Assembly (NCBI GenBank): GCA_963696385.1
Contig: CAVOKF010000003.1
Span: 704,001-768,000, forward strand
Reading direction: 5' to 3'
Source of the DNA: an uncultured delta proteobacterium
GTDB lineage: Bacteria > Myxococcota_A > Polyangia > Polyangiales > Polyangiaceae
DNA: 64,000 nucleotides
A program made the translations under genes and the position numbers. Of the stretch, positions 1 through 10,703 are shown in pieces. The notes under the pieces are model-generated. The model ran no database searches. It saw only the letters and a list, made by a program, of their open reading frames with translations, and was not told where the DNA came from. Within the stretch, counting starts at the first letter, position 1; each line of letters begins with the position of its first letter.

Positions 1-17
1 AGAGGGTCCGCTCAAGC

Positions 18-953
18 CTACGCCTTGAGACTTCGCACTCCCGCCCGATGCACCTTGCCCGGAAGCGGATGACCGACGAGGCTCTCGGCGACGCGAGCGG
101 CTTCCACGAGGCAATCCAAATCGATGCCGGTTTGGACGCCCATTCCATGCAGCATGTACACGAGGTCCTCGGTCGCCAGGTTGCCGGCCGCGCCCGGCGC
201 GTACGGGCATCCTCCGAGGCCCCCGACGCTCGCGTCGAAGTCTCGAACCCCCATCTCGAGGCCGATGAGGACGTTCGCCAGTGCGGTCCCACGCGTGTCG
301 TGCATGTGCATCGCCAGATGGTGCGGCGAGATCTCCGCCAACATCATTTCCAAAATGTGCGCGGTCTGACGCGGCGTCCCCACACCAATCGTGTCCCCGA
401 GCGAGACCTGATAGCAGCCCATGTCGAGCAGCTTCGTCGCGATGACCACCGCACGGCGGGGATCCACCTCTCCCTCGTACGGGCAGCCCCACACGGTTGA
501 GACGTAACCACGCACGTTCATGCCTGCCGCATGCGCCGGAGCGATCGTGTCGTCGAACACGGCTAGCGTGTCGGCGACCGTCTTGTTCACATTCTTCTTG
601 TTGTGCGTCTCGCTTGCCGAGACAAACACCGCGATTTCGCGGATGCCCGCCGCACGTGCCCTTGCCAAGCCGACGGGGTTGGGGCAAAGCGCACTGAACG
701 CGACTCCCGGTGGCGGTACGGCGTGCTCCGCAACATCGTCCGCATCGGCCAGCTGTGGAATCCAGTTGGGTGCGACGAAGCTCGTGATTTCGATTCGCTT
801 GAGGCCCGCGGCGACGAGAGCGTCGATGAGCCGAAGTTTGCCTCGAACCGGCACCATCGATCGTTCGTTTTGCAGCCCGTCGCGTGGAGAGACCTCGTAG
901 AGCGATGCTCGGTCGGGGATGTGATCGAGAAGGCCCACTTCGTCTGGAACCAT
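18..953 (-). CDS. hydroxymethylglutaryl-CoA lyase
   Basis: Motifs EVSPRDGLQNE, SLGDTIGVGTP, HMHDTRG and GGLGGCPYAPGAAGNLATED; start placed at ATG 953 (ORF open to 980). Confidence 0.95.
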   Translation of the reverse strand: MVPDEVGLLDHIPDRASLYEVSPRDGLQNERSMVPVRGKLRLIDALVAAGLKRIEITSFVAPNWIPQLADADDVAEHAVPPPGVAFSALCPNPVGLARARAAGIREIAVFVSASETHNKKNVNKTVADTLAVFDDTIAPAHAAGMNVRGYVSTVWGCPYEGEVDPRRAVVIATKLLDMGCYQVSLGDTIGVGTPRQTAHILEMMLAEISPHHLAMHMHDTRGTALANVLIGLEMGVRDFDASVGGLGGCPYAPGAAGNLATEDLVYMLHGMGVQTGIDLDCLVEAARVAESLVGHPLPGKVHRAGVRSLKA

Positions 954-1182
954 AATTCCTTTCGTCCTGGTTCGGCGCAAGGTTCATGCGACTCACGGAG
1001 CGCGTGAGAAGGCGATACATTGGATGCATTTTGGACTCTTGGGGGCTGAGACGAGAACGAGGGCCCCCGCCGGCGGGGATGCGCAGCGGCCCGCCCACCG
1101 CCTGCGTCCCGAGGGTGGGGCCCGTCCCCCCTTGGCCCACGCCGCCTGGACGGTCTGTGGGCGTTGCATGTATCCTAAAGCT

Positions 1183-1995
1183 ATGAAGGGCGTTTCTGAC
1201 CGCGGCGGGTCTTCGGGGTTGCACGGGCGGCTCTCGGAAGTTTACTTTCCGGCCCTCGTCGCGGCGCAAACGGCCGCCCTTGCGCAGCGGTTGGGCGACC
1301 GAGCGACCATCGATGATCCTCTCTTCGGTCGAGCGAGCGGAATGGCCGAGATCGCGCCACGACTGGCCGAGATCGCAAGCTGGCTCGCGGTGCACGACGC
1401 TGCATTCGACAATTTCGGGTTCGTGACCGGATCCGACCGAGACGTAACGGAGGGAGCGCTCGCGCTCACCGTGAATGGCGCACGAGTACGCGTCCCGGTC
1501 GGCGTCGTCGCAGAGCGACGGCGCGAGCGCGAAGTCGAGGTCCGAGTCTATTACGCGACACGCGCGCTACGCAAAGCGCACGTGCCTCGGCGGGTGCTTC
1601 TGCCCAGCGACGATCGAACGGCTGTCCCGCCTCCCGTTGCAGCCCACCTCGAAGCGCTCGCCCGAGGCGACATCGCCGGGGTGGTATCGAGCTTCGAGCG
1701 CGGGGCCACTGTCCGCGGCGCGGACGGCGAGACGCACGCGAAGCTCGAACCAGGTGGCGGGCCCCTGGGTGCCTACTACGATCGATTGCTCGGAAGTGAA
1801 GGCAGCGTAGAGAGCCGAGGTCTGCAACTGCTCAAGAACGCGCGCGCAGACGACGGAAGGACGTGCGCCCTGGAGTATACGGTCGTGCGCTTTCGCGGAG
1901 TCGAAGTTCCAGCGCCAGCGGGGCTCGCGGTTTATGAGCGGGGAGAGAGCGGCCTTCTGCGGACCGTACGCGTATACGACGAACTGGAACTGTGA
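1183..1995 (+). CDS. hypothetical protein, probable tandem NTF2/SnoaL-like domains
   Basis: Long ORF with two similar halves (YFPAL...DDPLFGR...RVYY and HLEALARGD...GLAVYE...RVYDE) resembling SnoaL-like folds; start uncertain (1168 or 1183). Confidence 0.55.
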   Translation: MKGVSDRGGSSGLHGRLSEVYFPALVAAQTAALAQRLGDRATIDDPLFGRASGMAEIAPRLAEIASWLAVHDAAFDNFGFVTGSDRDVTEGALALTVNGARVRVPVGVVAERRREREVEVRVYYATRALRKAHVPRRVLLPSDDRTAVPPPVAAHLEALARGDIAGVVSSFERGATVRGADGETHAKLEPGGGPLGAYYDRLLGSEGSVESRGLQLLKNARADDGRTCALEYTVVRFRGVEVPAPAGLAVYERGESGLLRTVRVYDELEL

Positions 1996-2053
1996 CATCG
2001 TGACCGCGCCGCGGTCAAGGTGTCGGCCGGCGCTTCGTCGGCGGCGCCCCGCA

Positions 2054-3541
2054 TCAGACGCCCACAAGTCTCATCTGCCGCTTGCTCGTGGGCGTGAACG
2101 GAATTGCGTATTGTCCCGAGAAACAAGCATGACAGAGCGAGTTGCCATCGCCAACCCCCGCCAGCATCCCCTCGAGCGACAGATAGCCGAGTGAATCGGC
2201 AGTCACATAACGCGCAATTTCGTCGACGCTGTGACTCGATGCGATGAGCTCGCGGCGCGTCGGAGTATCGATGCCATAATAACAAGGCCACTGCGTCGGT
2301 GGGCTCGAGATGCGAAGATGCACTTCCTTCGCGCCCGCGTCGCGCACCATCTTGACGATTTTCCGCGAGGTCGTTCCACGAACGATCGAGTCGTCGATGA
2401 CGACGACGCGTTTTCCGCGAAGCACGGGGCCCACGGTGCTGAGCTTCAGACGAACGCCGAAATGACGAATGCTGTCTTGCGGTTCGATGAATGTGCGCCC
2501 GACATAGTGCGAGCGAATGAGTCCCATCTCGAACGCGAGACCCCGTTCCGCCGCATACCCGATCGCCGCAGGCACGCCCGAGTCCGGAACGGGAACGACG
2601 ACATCGGCCTCGACCGGGTGCTCGCGCGCGAGCTTGCGCCCGAACGCTTTCCTCACCTCGTAAACACTTTGACCCGCAAATTGCGAGTCGGGACGAGCAA
2701 AATACACGTATTCGAAAATGCACGCGCGATGAGGTGCGCTCGGCAACGGTCGCACCGACCGAATGCCGCTCGCATCGATGATCACCATCTCCCCGGGCTC
2801 AACGTCCCGGACGTACTCGGCGCCCATGAGTTCGAATGCGCACGGCTCGCTCGCCACGACGTGCGCGTCCTTCTTTGAAGGCAAGAGCCCGAGGCACAGC
2901 GGACGAATCCCCATCGGATCACGCACGGCGATGATCGCGTCCTCCGTCAAGAAAAGGAGCGAGTAGGCTCCTTTCACGCGAGTCAGCGCATCCGCGATTC
3001 GATCCTCGATAGAGATCTCCTGGCTCATGGCGACGAGGTGGACGAACACTTCCGTGTCCGTGTCGCTTTGGAAAATCGACCCCCGAGACTCGAGCTCCGC
3101 GCGGAGATCGTCGGCATTCGTTAGATTGCCGTTGTGGCAAACGGCGAGCGAGCCCCGTGCGTAGTCGACGGCGATCGGCTGCGCATTCTTGATGTGCGAG
3201 CCTCCCGCAGTCGAGTAGCGGACATGCCCAATCGCGCATCGACCAGGTAGTCTGGCCAGCTGGTCCTGAGTGAATGCGTCCTGAACGAGACCCATCGCCC
3301 GATGGGCATAGAGCTGTCTCTCGTCGCTCGTGACGATGCCGGCCGACTCCTGTCCGCGGTGCTGAAGCGCGTGCAGTCCGAGATACGTCATATTGGCGGC
3401 TTCTTGGTGTCCGAAAATTCCGAAAACGCCGCACTCGTCGTGAAAGTGATCGTCGTCGATCAGCGCACCCCCGGCAGTCCGATCGCAAGGTTCCCCGCGC
3501 GGAGGGTCGAGGACGACGAGGTGGCGCTTTGGATCCCGCAT
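2054..3541 (-). CDS. purF: amidophosphoribosyltransferase
   Basis: Propeptide followed by [27 protein letters not shown]-binding [13 protein letters not shown] and Fe-S cysteines ([24 protein letters not shown]). Confidence 0.97.
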   Translation of the reverse strand: MRDPKRHLVVLDPPRGEPCDRTAGGALIDDDHFHDECGVFGIFGHQEAANMTYLGLHALQHRGQESAGIVTSDERQLYAHRAMGLVQDAFTQDQLARLPGRCAIGHVRYSTAGGSHIKNAQPIAVDYARGSLAVCHNGNLTNADDLRAELESRGSIFQSDTDTEVFVHLVAMSQEISIEDRIADALTRVKGAYSLLFLTEDAIIAVRDPMGIRPLCLGLLPSKKDAHVVASEPCAFELMGAEYVRDVEPGEMVIIDASGIRSVRPLPSAPHRACIFEYVYFARPDSQFAGQSVYEVRKAFGRKLAREHPVEADVVVPVPDSGVPAAIGYAAERGLAFEMGLIRSHYVGRTFIEPQDSIRHFGVRLKLSTVGPVLRGKRVVVIDDSIVRGTTSRKIVKMVRDAGAKEVHLRISSPPTQWPCYYGIDTPTRRELIASSHSVDEIARYVTADSLGYLSLEGMLAGVGDGNSLCHACFSGQYAIPFTPTSKRQMRLVGV

Positions 3542-3674
3542 CAACGCAACGAAACCTAACCGCCCGCCGAGCTGGCCGCTAGTGCACCGCAGTCGATGAA
3601 CCATCGAACAAGCGCTGCGCGATTGCTTCGCTTCACGATCGGCGGCGCACTAGACGAGTTCCTTGGGCTGCGAA

Positions 3675-4319
3675 TCACGTCTTGCCGCGATAGGTGGCCG
3701 TGATCGCGATCTCGTAGCGGGCATGGCGGTGCTCGATGCCGTCGAGGTCCACTGCGCGCATCGCGTCTCCAACGGCCGTCCTGCAACCTACAACGATCTT
3801 GCGGTCGCTGAACGAACGGCCGGTTCGGGGCAGACGGACGCGCACTTTATGGCGCGAGAAGCTCACATCGGCGACGTATTCGATCGTCCCGCTCGAGTCC
3901 GCCGCGGGGACGCACGCGAGCGACTGTTGGATGGCCTGCGAGAGCGCACGTTCAATTGACGCGACGTGGTCGCACTCCTCGGGCAACGTAACTCTTGGCC
4001 CCCGGTCGTGGCACCCGATGATGCGCGCCTCCGACAGCGTGACCGGCGTGGGCCCGGCTTCGACTGCCGAGGGCCCGGCATCACTCGCGACCGCCAAAGC
4101 GGACGCAACCGGCTCCGCGGAAGAGCCGTCGGTGGTCACCCGCGGCGGCCTTCGCCAGAGATACAGCCCGCTGCTCACCAGCACGAGTCCTGCGAGCAAC
4201 GCTGCGATCAGCTGCACGCGCACCGGACGATCCTCGGTGTGGTGCGACACGCCTCGACGGCGCGCCGGCGACCCGTAGGGATCGGACGGCGGATGCGATG
4301 GATCGCGCAATTCGCTCAT
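3675..4319 (-). CDS. hypothetical single-pass membrane protein
   Basis: One hydrophobic helix (VQLIAALLAGLVLVSSGLYLW), an Ala/Pro linker and a C-terminal domain with four Cys; co-oriented between the kinase and purF. Confidence 0.7.
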   Translation of the reverse strand: MSELRDPSHPPSDPYGSPARRRGVSHHTEDRPVRVQLIAALLAGLVLVSSGLYLWRRPPRVTTDGSSAEPVASALAVASDAGPSAVEAGPTPVTLSEARIIGCHDRGPRVTLPEECDHVASIERALSQAIQQSLACVPAADSSGTIEYVADVSFSRHKVRVRLPRTGRSFSDRKIVVGCRTAVGDAMRAVDLDGIEHRHARYEIAITATYRGKT

Positions 4320-4338
4320 GCGACGGCCTGCGACGTCC

Positions 4339-6051
4339 TCAGGAGTCGACGAGTGCGCGAACGCTGACGCCCGGCTCGTAGCGAGCGATGGTGGCCCCGA
4401 GCTCCAGCCCGTCCGGCATCATGGCTTGCACCTGACCCACCACCTGCTCAACGAGGTTGCGTGCCTCTTGGGAACCAGGACCGACCATGGCTACGCAGAA
4501 CCGTAGGGGGCCGCTACGTCCAGCGGTAACGGCAATGAGCGAGAGGAGAAACATGTCGGTGAGCTCCACAACGCGCGTCGCCGATCTCCGAAGTGCGAGC
4601 ATCTCCAGAATCGTTGGTCGGTCACTGACGAGACGGCTCGGCCCGCGGAGCTCATAGCGGGCCAGCGTCAGAGGGGCTTCGACCCAAACGGCAAACGCGG
4701 CGTCCTCATCGAGGGTGCGCAGCAATTGTTCGCGCACGAGCAACCCGGTGAGTCCATCGCGTCTCGACAGATACAGACGCGCTCGCCTGTGATTCGGACT
4801 GTCCTTTGCGTAGCTGACCAGCTTCAACCGGAGTTCGCCGAGCTGCACCTCGCCGCCGTGGAGCAAGTTGATGCTCTTTGCGCGTTCGTACATGTAATCG
4901 GCGTAACTGCCGTTGGTCGAGCCCGGATCCTCGACGATCCATGTCCCGTTCTGCCACTTGAGCTGCGCATGTTGCCCGCTGACCGTAGCTTCCGGCACGA
5001 TGAGGTCGTTGTCGGGGCGCCGGCCCACCGTCACGACGGGCTTGTCGAGACACAGGAGCTCACCGACGAACTCCGGCGCATTCGAGGCAAATGTAGCCAG
5101 CAACGCTTGCGACCCCGGAACGAACGATAGCGAAGCGCTGTGCCCGGGCGGCGGGCCCGCGTCGAGCCGCTCACGCGGAACCTGGATGGGATTCGTCGTC
5201 AGCGTGACGGGGTTGAAGAAACGCAAATGGCGCGCCGCGAGGCGCTGCTGGGGGTCCTCGGCAAAGCAGCGGAACACCTGCTTGATCTCGTCGATGCTCA
5301 ATCCAGCTGGGACATCGAACATGATCTGCTGACGCATCGTCTTGGAGCGCGGCTTGTAGCCAGGCTCGGGCACACGGCACGTCCACATTTCGAGCAGGGT
5401 CAAGCCAAGGGCGTATACGTCGTCTTCGGGACTGGCTCCTCCGGAGCGAATGCGCTCAGGGCTCATGTAATTGGGTGTTCCGCCGTCAGGCGGCGCACCC
5501 GGACGCCGCCCGCTCGCCCTGGCGCGCTCCTTGGCGAAGCCGAAGTCGAGCACGATGGCTTTTCCGAGCGATCCGTCTGGGCTCGTCGTCACCATGACGT
5601 TGCCTGGCTTCAAGTCTCCGTGAACGAGCCCTTGCTGGTGAATGGCGGCGACGCCCGACGCGACGTCGCTTGCGATCCGCCGGAATTCGTCGGAAGTGTA
5701 TCCGCCCTGGGCCTTCTTTCGACGGATGTGGGTGTGAAGCGTCTGCCCCGTGATGTACTCCATGACGAGGATGGGGCCGTACGGACTGGGGGCGAGATCG
5801 TGCACCCGGCAGACGTGCGGATCGCTGACCGAACGCGCGAGCAAGAGCTCGAGGCGAAGCGCCTCGTCATCGCCCGGCATGCGGGCTTCCTCGCGCACGA
5901 TCTTGAGAGCAACCGCCTGCTGCGTGGTTCGATCGTACGCAAGAAAGACTTCGCCCATCCCGCCCTTGCCGAGGCTCTGTCGAATCTCGTAGCGGTCGTT
6001 GACGACCGTTCCGTGCGTCAGCGGCGGCAGTCCGCTCCGGCCCTCGGTCAT
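4339..6051 (-). CDS. Ser/Thr protein kinase with FHA domain and degenerate GGDEF-like C-terminus
   Basis: GKGGMGEV, VALK, HGDLKPGN, DFG, GTPNYMSPE; FHA motifs VGRR, VSGQHA, DPGSTNG; then RDGLTGLL...AGRSGPLRF. Confidence 0.9.
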   Translation of the reverse strand: MTEGRSGLPPLTHGTVVNDRYEIRQSLGKGGMGEVFLAYDRTTQQAVALKIVREEARMPGDDEALRLELLLARSVSDPHVCRVHDLAPSPYGPILVMEYITGQTLHTHIRRKKAQGGYTSDEFRRIASDVASGVAAIHQQGLVHGDLKPGNVMVTTSPDGSLGKAIVLDFGFAKERARASGRRPGAPPDGGTPNYMSPERIRSGGASPEDDVYALGLTLLEMWTCRVPEPGYKPRSKTMRQQIMFDVPAGLSIDEIKQVFRCFAEDPQQRLAARHLRFFNPVTLTTNPIQVPRERLDAGPPPGHSASLSFVPGSQALLATFASNAPEFVGELLCLDKPVVTVGRRPDNDLIVPEATVSGQHAQLKWQNGTWIVEDPGSTNGSYADYMYERAKSINLLHGGEVQLGELRLKLVSYAKDSPNHRRARLYLSRRDGLTGLLVREQLLRTLDEDAAFAVWVEAPLTLARYELRGPSRLVSDRPTILEMLALRRSATRVVELTDMFLLSLIAVTAGRSGPLRFCVAMVGPGSQEARNLVEQVVGQVQAMMPDGLELGATIARYEPGVSVRALVDS

Positions 6052-6161
6052 CGTCGCCTCGACACTACCTCGCCTGGAATCACCTGCGACCCGCTCGGTC
6101 CAATTCTAGCGGAGCAACAGCGCGACCATCTTGCCACGCTTTTGCTCGTCTGTCGGGCGTC

Positions 6162-8912
6162 TCATGCCAGGCGAGCGTAGAGACTGTCGAGGGCCTCATC
6201 GAGACGGTCCATTTGCGCGCCGCCGGCCTGTCCGAGGTCCGGGCGTCCGCCGCCCGAGCCGCCGAGCAGCTGAGCGATCGCTTTTACCAGATCCCCGGCA
6301 TGATACCTAGCCGTCAACCCCTTGGAGACGGTCAGCACCAGCATGGCCTTGTCGCTGCCGGCGGCGCCGACCAGCACAACGGCCTCTCCGAGTTTGTCAC
6401 GCAGGCGCTCGGCCATTTCACGGAGCGTAGCGGCGTCGCTCGCCGAGATCTTCACCGCGAGCGCCTTACCTCCTGGCACGTTGCGTGCTGCTTTCACGAT
6501 CTCGTCGATGCCGCCAGCGCCGGCGCTGGCTCCACGATCCATCGCGCCAAGAGCGACCTGACGCCTCAATTCGGCGATTTCCCGTTCGAGCTGCTTTTCT
6601 TGCTCGACGAACCGTTCGAGCTTCTCGTTAAGATCGGCGGGCGACGCCTTGAGCGCGCGGGCTGCACGGCGAAGGGCGCTTTCGACCAATCGGGTGTAGG
6701 CCAGCGCATTGAGACCCGTCGCCGCCTCGATGCGGCGCACGCCCGCCGCGAGGCCTTGTTCGCTCACCACTTTGAAGAGTCCGACCTCTCCGAGCGACCG
6801 CGCGTGGGTCCCCCCGCAGAGTTCCACCGAGTCGTTCGTCATGGTCAGCATTCGTACAACGTCGCCGTATTTTTCCTCAAAAATGGCTACCGCGCCTCGA
6901 CGCCTTGCTTCGGCAATCGGAAGCACTTCCGTAAGAACCGGCGCGTCCGACAAGATTTTCGCGTTGACGAGGTCTTCGATCTTGACGATCTCCTCGTCAG
7001 TCAGCGGTTTGCCGTGCGCGAAGTCGAACCGGAGGCGGTCCGGGCCGACGAGCGACCCCTTCTGAGTCGCTTGCTCTCCCACGACCGTGCGAAGAGCCCA
7101 ATGCAACAGGTGGGTCGCCGTGTGATTGCGGCGCGTCGCTGCGCGTCGCTCCCGGTCCACTGCGAGGTACACCACGTCACCCGCCGCTAGGCCACCTTGA
7201 AGAATGCGCCCCCGGTGCGTAACGATCCCCGTCATCGGCTTCTGCGTGTCCCACACCTCGAATCGCATGGGCTCGATACCGCGACGCTCAATCATACCCC
7301 GATCGCCGACTTGCCCTCCCGACTCGCCGTAAAACGGCGTGACGTCGGTGACGACCGTGATCTCGTCGCCCTGCAGCGCTCGGTCCGCGATGCGCCCATC
7401 CTTGACGATCGCGAGAACCGTTGCCTCGGCGTCCTCCCGGTCGTAACCGACAAACCGGACGCCCGCTGACGACTGGCGCTGCAGCTGGGCCAAAATATCG
7501 TGCCAAACGTGCGACACCCTGGACTCATCGTTCAGCTTCAATCCCTCGCTCCTCGAACGTTGTTGCTCGAGAGCACGCTCATACGCGACGGCATCGACGC
7601 TGAGGCCGCGCTCCGAAGCGATGACTTCCGTCAAGTCGAACGGAAATCCGAACGTGTCGTAGAGTTTGAATGCAGTTTCGCCGCGGATGACGGACCCGCC
7701 CGCCGCCCGAACGCCTTCGATTTCTTCGTCGAGGATCCTCAGCCCCCAATCGACGGTTTCGCGGAAGCGCTCCTCCTCCCCTCGCGCCACACTCTCGACC
7801 AGTTCTTTGCGGCGCTCGAGCTCTGGATACTGATCCCTCATGGTCCGGACGACCTCGTGAGCCACCGTGTGAAGGAATGGTTGGCGGATTCCAAGTCGAT
7901 GACCGTGGCGGATGGCCCGACGCATCACGCGCCGGAGCACATAGGGGCGACCGGCTCGGTCGGGGAAGATTCCCTCCGAGATGAGAAAAGCGGTCGTTCG
8001 AGCGTGATCGGCGATGACCCTCATCGAGACGTCGTCGGCGGCTTGGGACGCTTCGTAACGCTTGCCGCTAAGCTCGCTCGCCTTGTCGACCAGAGTGCGT
8101 AGAAGGTCCGTGTCGTAGTTGCTTGCGACGCCCTGAAGCGCGCTCGAAACCCGCTCGAGCCCGGCCCCGGTGTCTACGCACGGCCACGGCAACGGTTCGA
8201 GCTTGGCTTGACCCGACGGGTCGACAGAGCGCTCAAACTGCATGAAAACAAGGTTCCACAGCTCCATCCACCCGCTGCCGTCGGAAGCGGGTTCCTGCCC
8301 GAAGGTGGAGTACGGCACGCCACCGCTGCCGACGTCTCCGTTGAACCAGTGAATTTCCGTGCACGGGCCGCACGGGCCCGTCTCCCCCATCTGCCAGAAG
8401 TTGTCGTTCATACCGAGGCCGATGATGCGTGCGTCGCTCAGTCCGGTGATCTTGCGCCACAGGGAGCGCGCCTCGTGGTCCGGGCCGAGACCCTGCTCAC
8501 CGCCGAAGACCGTGATCATCATCCTGGCTGGATCGAGCGCATAGACCCGCGTCAAAAGCTCCCATGCCAAGGCAATGGCGGTTTCTTTGAAGTAATCACC
8601 AAACGAAAAATTGCCGAGCATTTCGAAAAACGTGTGGTGACGAGCCGTCACGCCGACGTTTTCGAGATCGTTGTGCTTACCCGAAATCCGAATGCATTTC
8701 TGGCTCGAGGTCGCCCGCCCGTAGGCTCGGGTTTCCCTGCCAACAAAGACGTCTTTGAACTGGACCATCCCTGCGTTGGCGAACATCAGCGTGGGGTCGT
8801 TCTGCGGAACGAGCGGCGAGCTCGGGACGACTTCGTGTCCGTTCTCCTGAAAGAAATCGAGAAACGCTCGGCGAACCTCAGCGGAGGTGCGTGTCATGGG
8901 TCGCGTGCTCAT
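6162..8912 (-). CDS. alaS: alanine--tRNA ligase
   Basis: FANAGMVQFK, HHTFFEMLGNFSFGDYFK, DTGAGLER, editing motifs HTATH and ELCGGTH, C-terminal GGGRPD. Confidence 0.98.
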   Translation of the reverse strand: MSTRPMTRTSAEVRRAFLDFFQENGHEVVPSSPLVPQNDPTLMFANAGMVQFKDVFVGRETRAYGRATSSQKCIRISGKHNDLENVGVTARHHTFFEMLGNFSFGDYFKETAIALAWELLTRVYALDPARMMITVFGGEQGLGPDHEARSLWRKITGLSDARIIGLGMNDNFWQMGETGPCGPCTEIHWFNGDVGSGGVPYSTFGQEPASDGSGWMELWNLVFMQFERSVDPSGQAKLEPLPWPCVDTGAGLERVSSALQGVASNYDTDLLRTLVDKASELSGKRYEASQAADDVSMRVIADHARTTAFLISEGIFPDRAGRPYVLRRVMRRAIRHGHRLGIRQPFLHTVAHEVVRTMRDQYPELERRKELVESVARGEEERFRETVDWGLRILDEEIEGVRAAGGSVIRGETAFKLYDTFGFPFDLTEVIASERGLSVDAVAYERALEQQRSRSEGLKLNDESRVSHVWHDILAQLQRQSSAGVRFVGYDREDAEATVLAIVKDGRIADRALQGDEITVVTDVTPFYGESGGQVGDRGMIERRGIEPMRFEVWDTQKPMTGIVTHRGRILQGGLAAGDVVYLAVDRERRAATRRNHTATHLLHWALRTVVGEQATQKGSLVGPDRLRFDFAHGKPLTDEEIVKIEDLVNAKILSDAPVLTEVLPIAEARRRGAVAIFEEKYGDVVRMLTMTNDSVELCGGTHARSLGEVGLFKVVSEQGLAAGVRRIEAATGLNALAYTRLVESALRRAARALKASPADLNEKLERFVEQEKQLEREIAELRRQVALGAMDRGASAGAGGIDEIVKAARNVPGGKALAVKISASDAATLREMAERLRDKLGEAVVLVGAAGSDKAMLVLTVSKGLTARYHAGDLVKAIAQLLGGSGGGRPDLGQAGGAQMDRLDEALDSLYARLA

Positions 8913-8930
8913 AGCACGTCGTGGCTCGGC

Positions 8931-10664
8931 TCACGGATCGGACGCGGGCGAGTTAGGGGCGTTGTACGGGTTGTTTGGATCGTCCTCGGGCGCCGTATCG
9001 GTCGGGCCCGCACCGGCCTCGGTCGCAGTCGTGATCGAGGCTTGCACGACCGACGATGCGGGCGCTGCCGGCCCCATCGATTCAGCGTCCGCAGAGGCCG
9101 CCACGCCGAACGCCCATGCCGAGGCAGAGGAGCGCGATTCTCGTTGTTCGGCCACGGCTCGCCGCTGCGGCCGCAGCGGCGCGTTGCTCTTGGCTACGGG
9201 CGCCGCTCCCGGCGTAGGCACGGGAAGGATGGCATCGACCGCAGGCGTTCGGGGCGAGGCCGAGTCCAGGCGCGACGTCGGAGCCGCCGCCAACGTGGCA
9301 TCGGGCGGGCCCGCGTCGTGGGCGTGAACCCGAAACGTAGGCGCCCACCAAAACGCACCCATTCCGGCAGCGGCGCCGATGAGCGCCAGCCCGACCCATA
9401 AGCCGGCGCGACTCCGCTTCGGGATCTCGAGCGGCTCGTCGGGCGCAGACGACGGAACGACGCCCGATTCATCACCCAGCGCTTGCCTTGCCGGCGTGAC
9501 GCGCGCGTCCTTTCGCTTCGTCAAAGCGATGGCGCGCGCTTCCTCGTTGGCCGGATGCGAGCTTCGCCGGTCGCCGATGACCGTCGGAGCAAACGCGGCC
9601 TCCTCGCGCCCTTCTTCGTGTCGCGGGCCGCGTTCTCGTGACTCCGAGACGGCCTGGCTGACGAAAGTTCGCCGTCTTTCCGCCAACTCCGGAAGCGACA
9701 CACTGAGAAACGTGGCGACATCGTCACCGGTGGCGCTCTCGCCGAGGTCCTTCATGGCGCTTTCGATGGCTCGTTGCATGGCGCCGGCGGTCGGAAACCG
9801 ATCGTCCGGGCTCAGCGTGACCGAACGCTCCAGTACCGCGGCGACGGCTTCCGGAAGTCCTTGAGCACAGTTGGGCGCCTCGTCCGCCAAGAGTTTGCGA
9901 ATGACCTCGACGTCGTCATCGCCCTCGTTCGGCAACCGGCCGGCCACCAGCTCGTGCAGGCATACGCCGAGCGCCCAGACGTCCGCGCGCCGATCGACGC
10001 TACGGCCCTTCTTGACCTGCTCGGGGGCCATGTACTGGATCTTTCCTTTGACGATGCCGGTCCGCGTTTCGCCCTGTTTGCGGTTTTGAGCCTTGGCAAT
10101 TCCGAAGTCGATGACTTTGACGGCACCGCCGGTGCTCACCAAGATATTCTGAGGTGACACGTCGCGGTGCACGATCCCGATCGGCTCACCGAGCTCGTCT
10201 CTCAGCTCGTGAGCAGCGTGCAGCCCGGCGCAAGCGTCGGCCACGATGCGAAGCGCAGGGCCCATGGGCAACAGGCGGCCGCTTTTGGCCGCAAGCCTGC
10301 GGATCTTCGCAAGCGAATCGCCGTCGATCCACTCCATGACGATGAAAAGAACGTCCCTCTGCTCACCCAGGTCGAGAATTTGCGCGACGTTCGGATGCTG
10401 AATGCCCGAGGCGATGCGCGCTTCGTCGAGGAACATTTCCTGGAAGCGCGAATCTTCGAGAAGCTCGGTGCGGATCGTCTTGATCGCAAATAGCTTCTCG
10501 AAGCCTCGCTTGCCACGCAAGCGAGCGAGCCAAACCGTGGCCATGCCGCCGGACGCGATGGGGCATAGTAGTTCGTACCGATCGAGCCGGTCCCCCGCCC
10601 GCAAGACGTTCCCGACGGCCTCCATCGCGAGCTCATCATGGCCCTGTCGTAGCTGGCGAGCCAA
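8931..10664 (-). CDS. membrane-anchored Ser/Thr protein kinase
   Basis: IASGGMATVW, FAIK, HRDVSPQN, DFGIAK, GKIQYMAPE; TM helix GLWVGLALIGAAAGMGAFWW then Ala/Pro-rich tail; start may be slightly downstream. Confidence 0.93.
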   Translation of the reverse strand: MARQLRQGHDELAMEAVGNVLRAGDRLDRYELLCPIASGGMATVWLARLRGKRGFEKLFAIKTIRTELLEDSRFQEMFLDEARIASGIQHPNVAQILDLGEQRDVLFIVMEWIDGDSLAKIRRLAAKSGRLLPMGPALRIVADACAGLHAAHELRDELGEPIGIVHRDVSPQNILVSTGGAVKVIDFGIAKAQNRKQGETRTGIVKGKIQYMAPEQVKKGRSVDRRADVWALGVCLHELVAGRLPNEGDDDVEVIRKLLADEAPNCAQGLPEAVAAVLERSVTLSPDDRFPTAGAMQRAIESAMKDLGESATGDDVATFLSVSLPELAERRRTFVSQAVSESRERGPRHEEGREEAAFAPTVIGDRRSSHPANEEARAIALTKRKDARVTPARQALGDESGVVPSSAPDEPLEIPKRSRAGLWVGLALIGAAAGMGAFWWAPTFRVHAHDAGPPDATLAAAPTSRLDSASPRTPAVDAILPVPTPGAAPVAKSNAPLRPQRRAVAEQRESRSSASAWAFGVAASADAESMGPAAPASSVVQASITTATEAGAGPTDTAPEDDPNNPYNAPNSPASDP

Positions 10665-10703
10665 CGATTCGGGGACCGGCGGACACTCACCGAACCATCG
10701 AGG

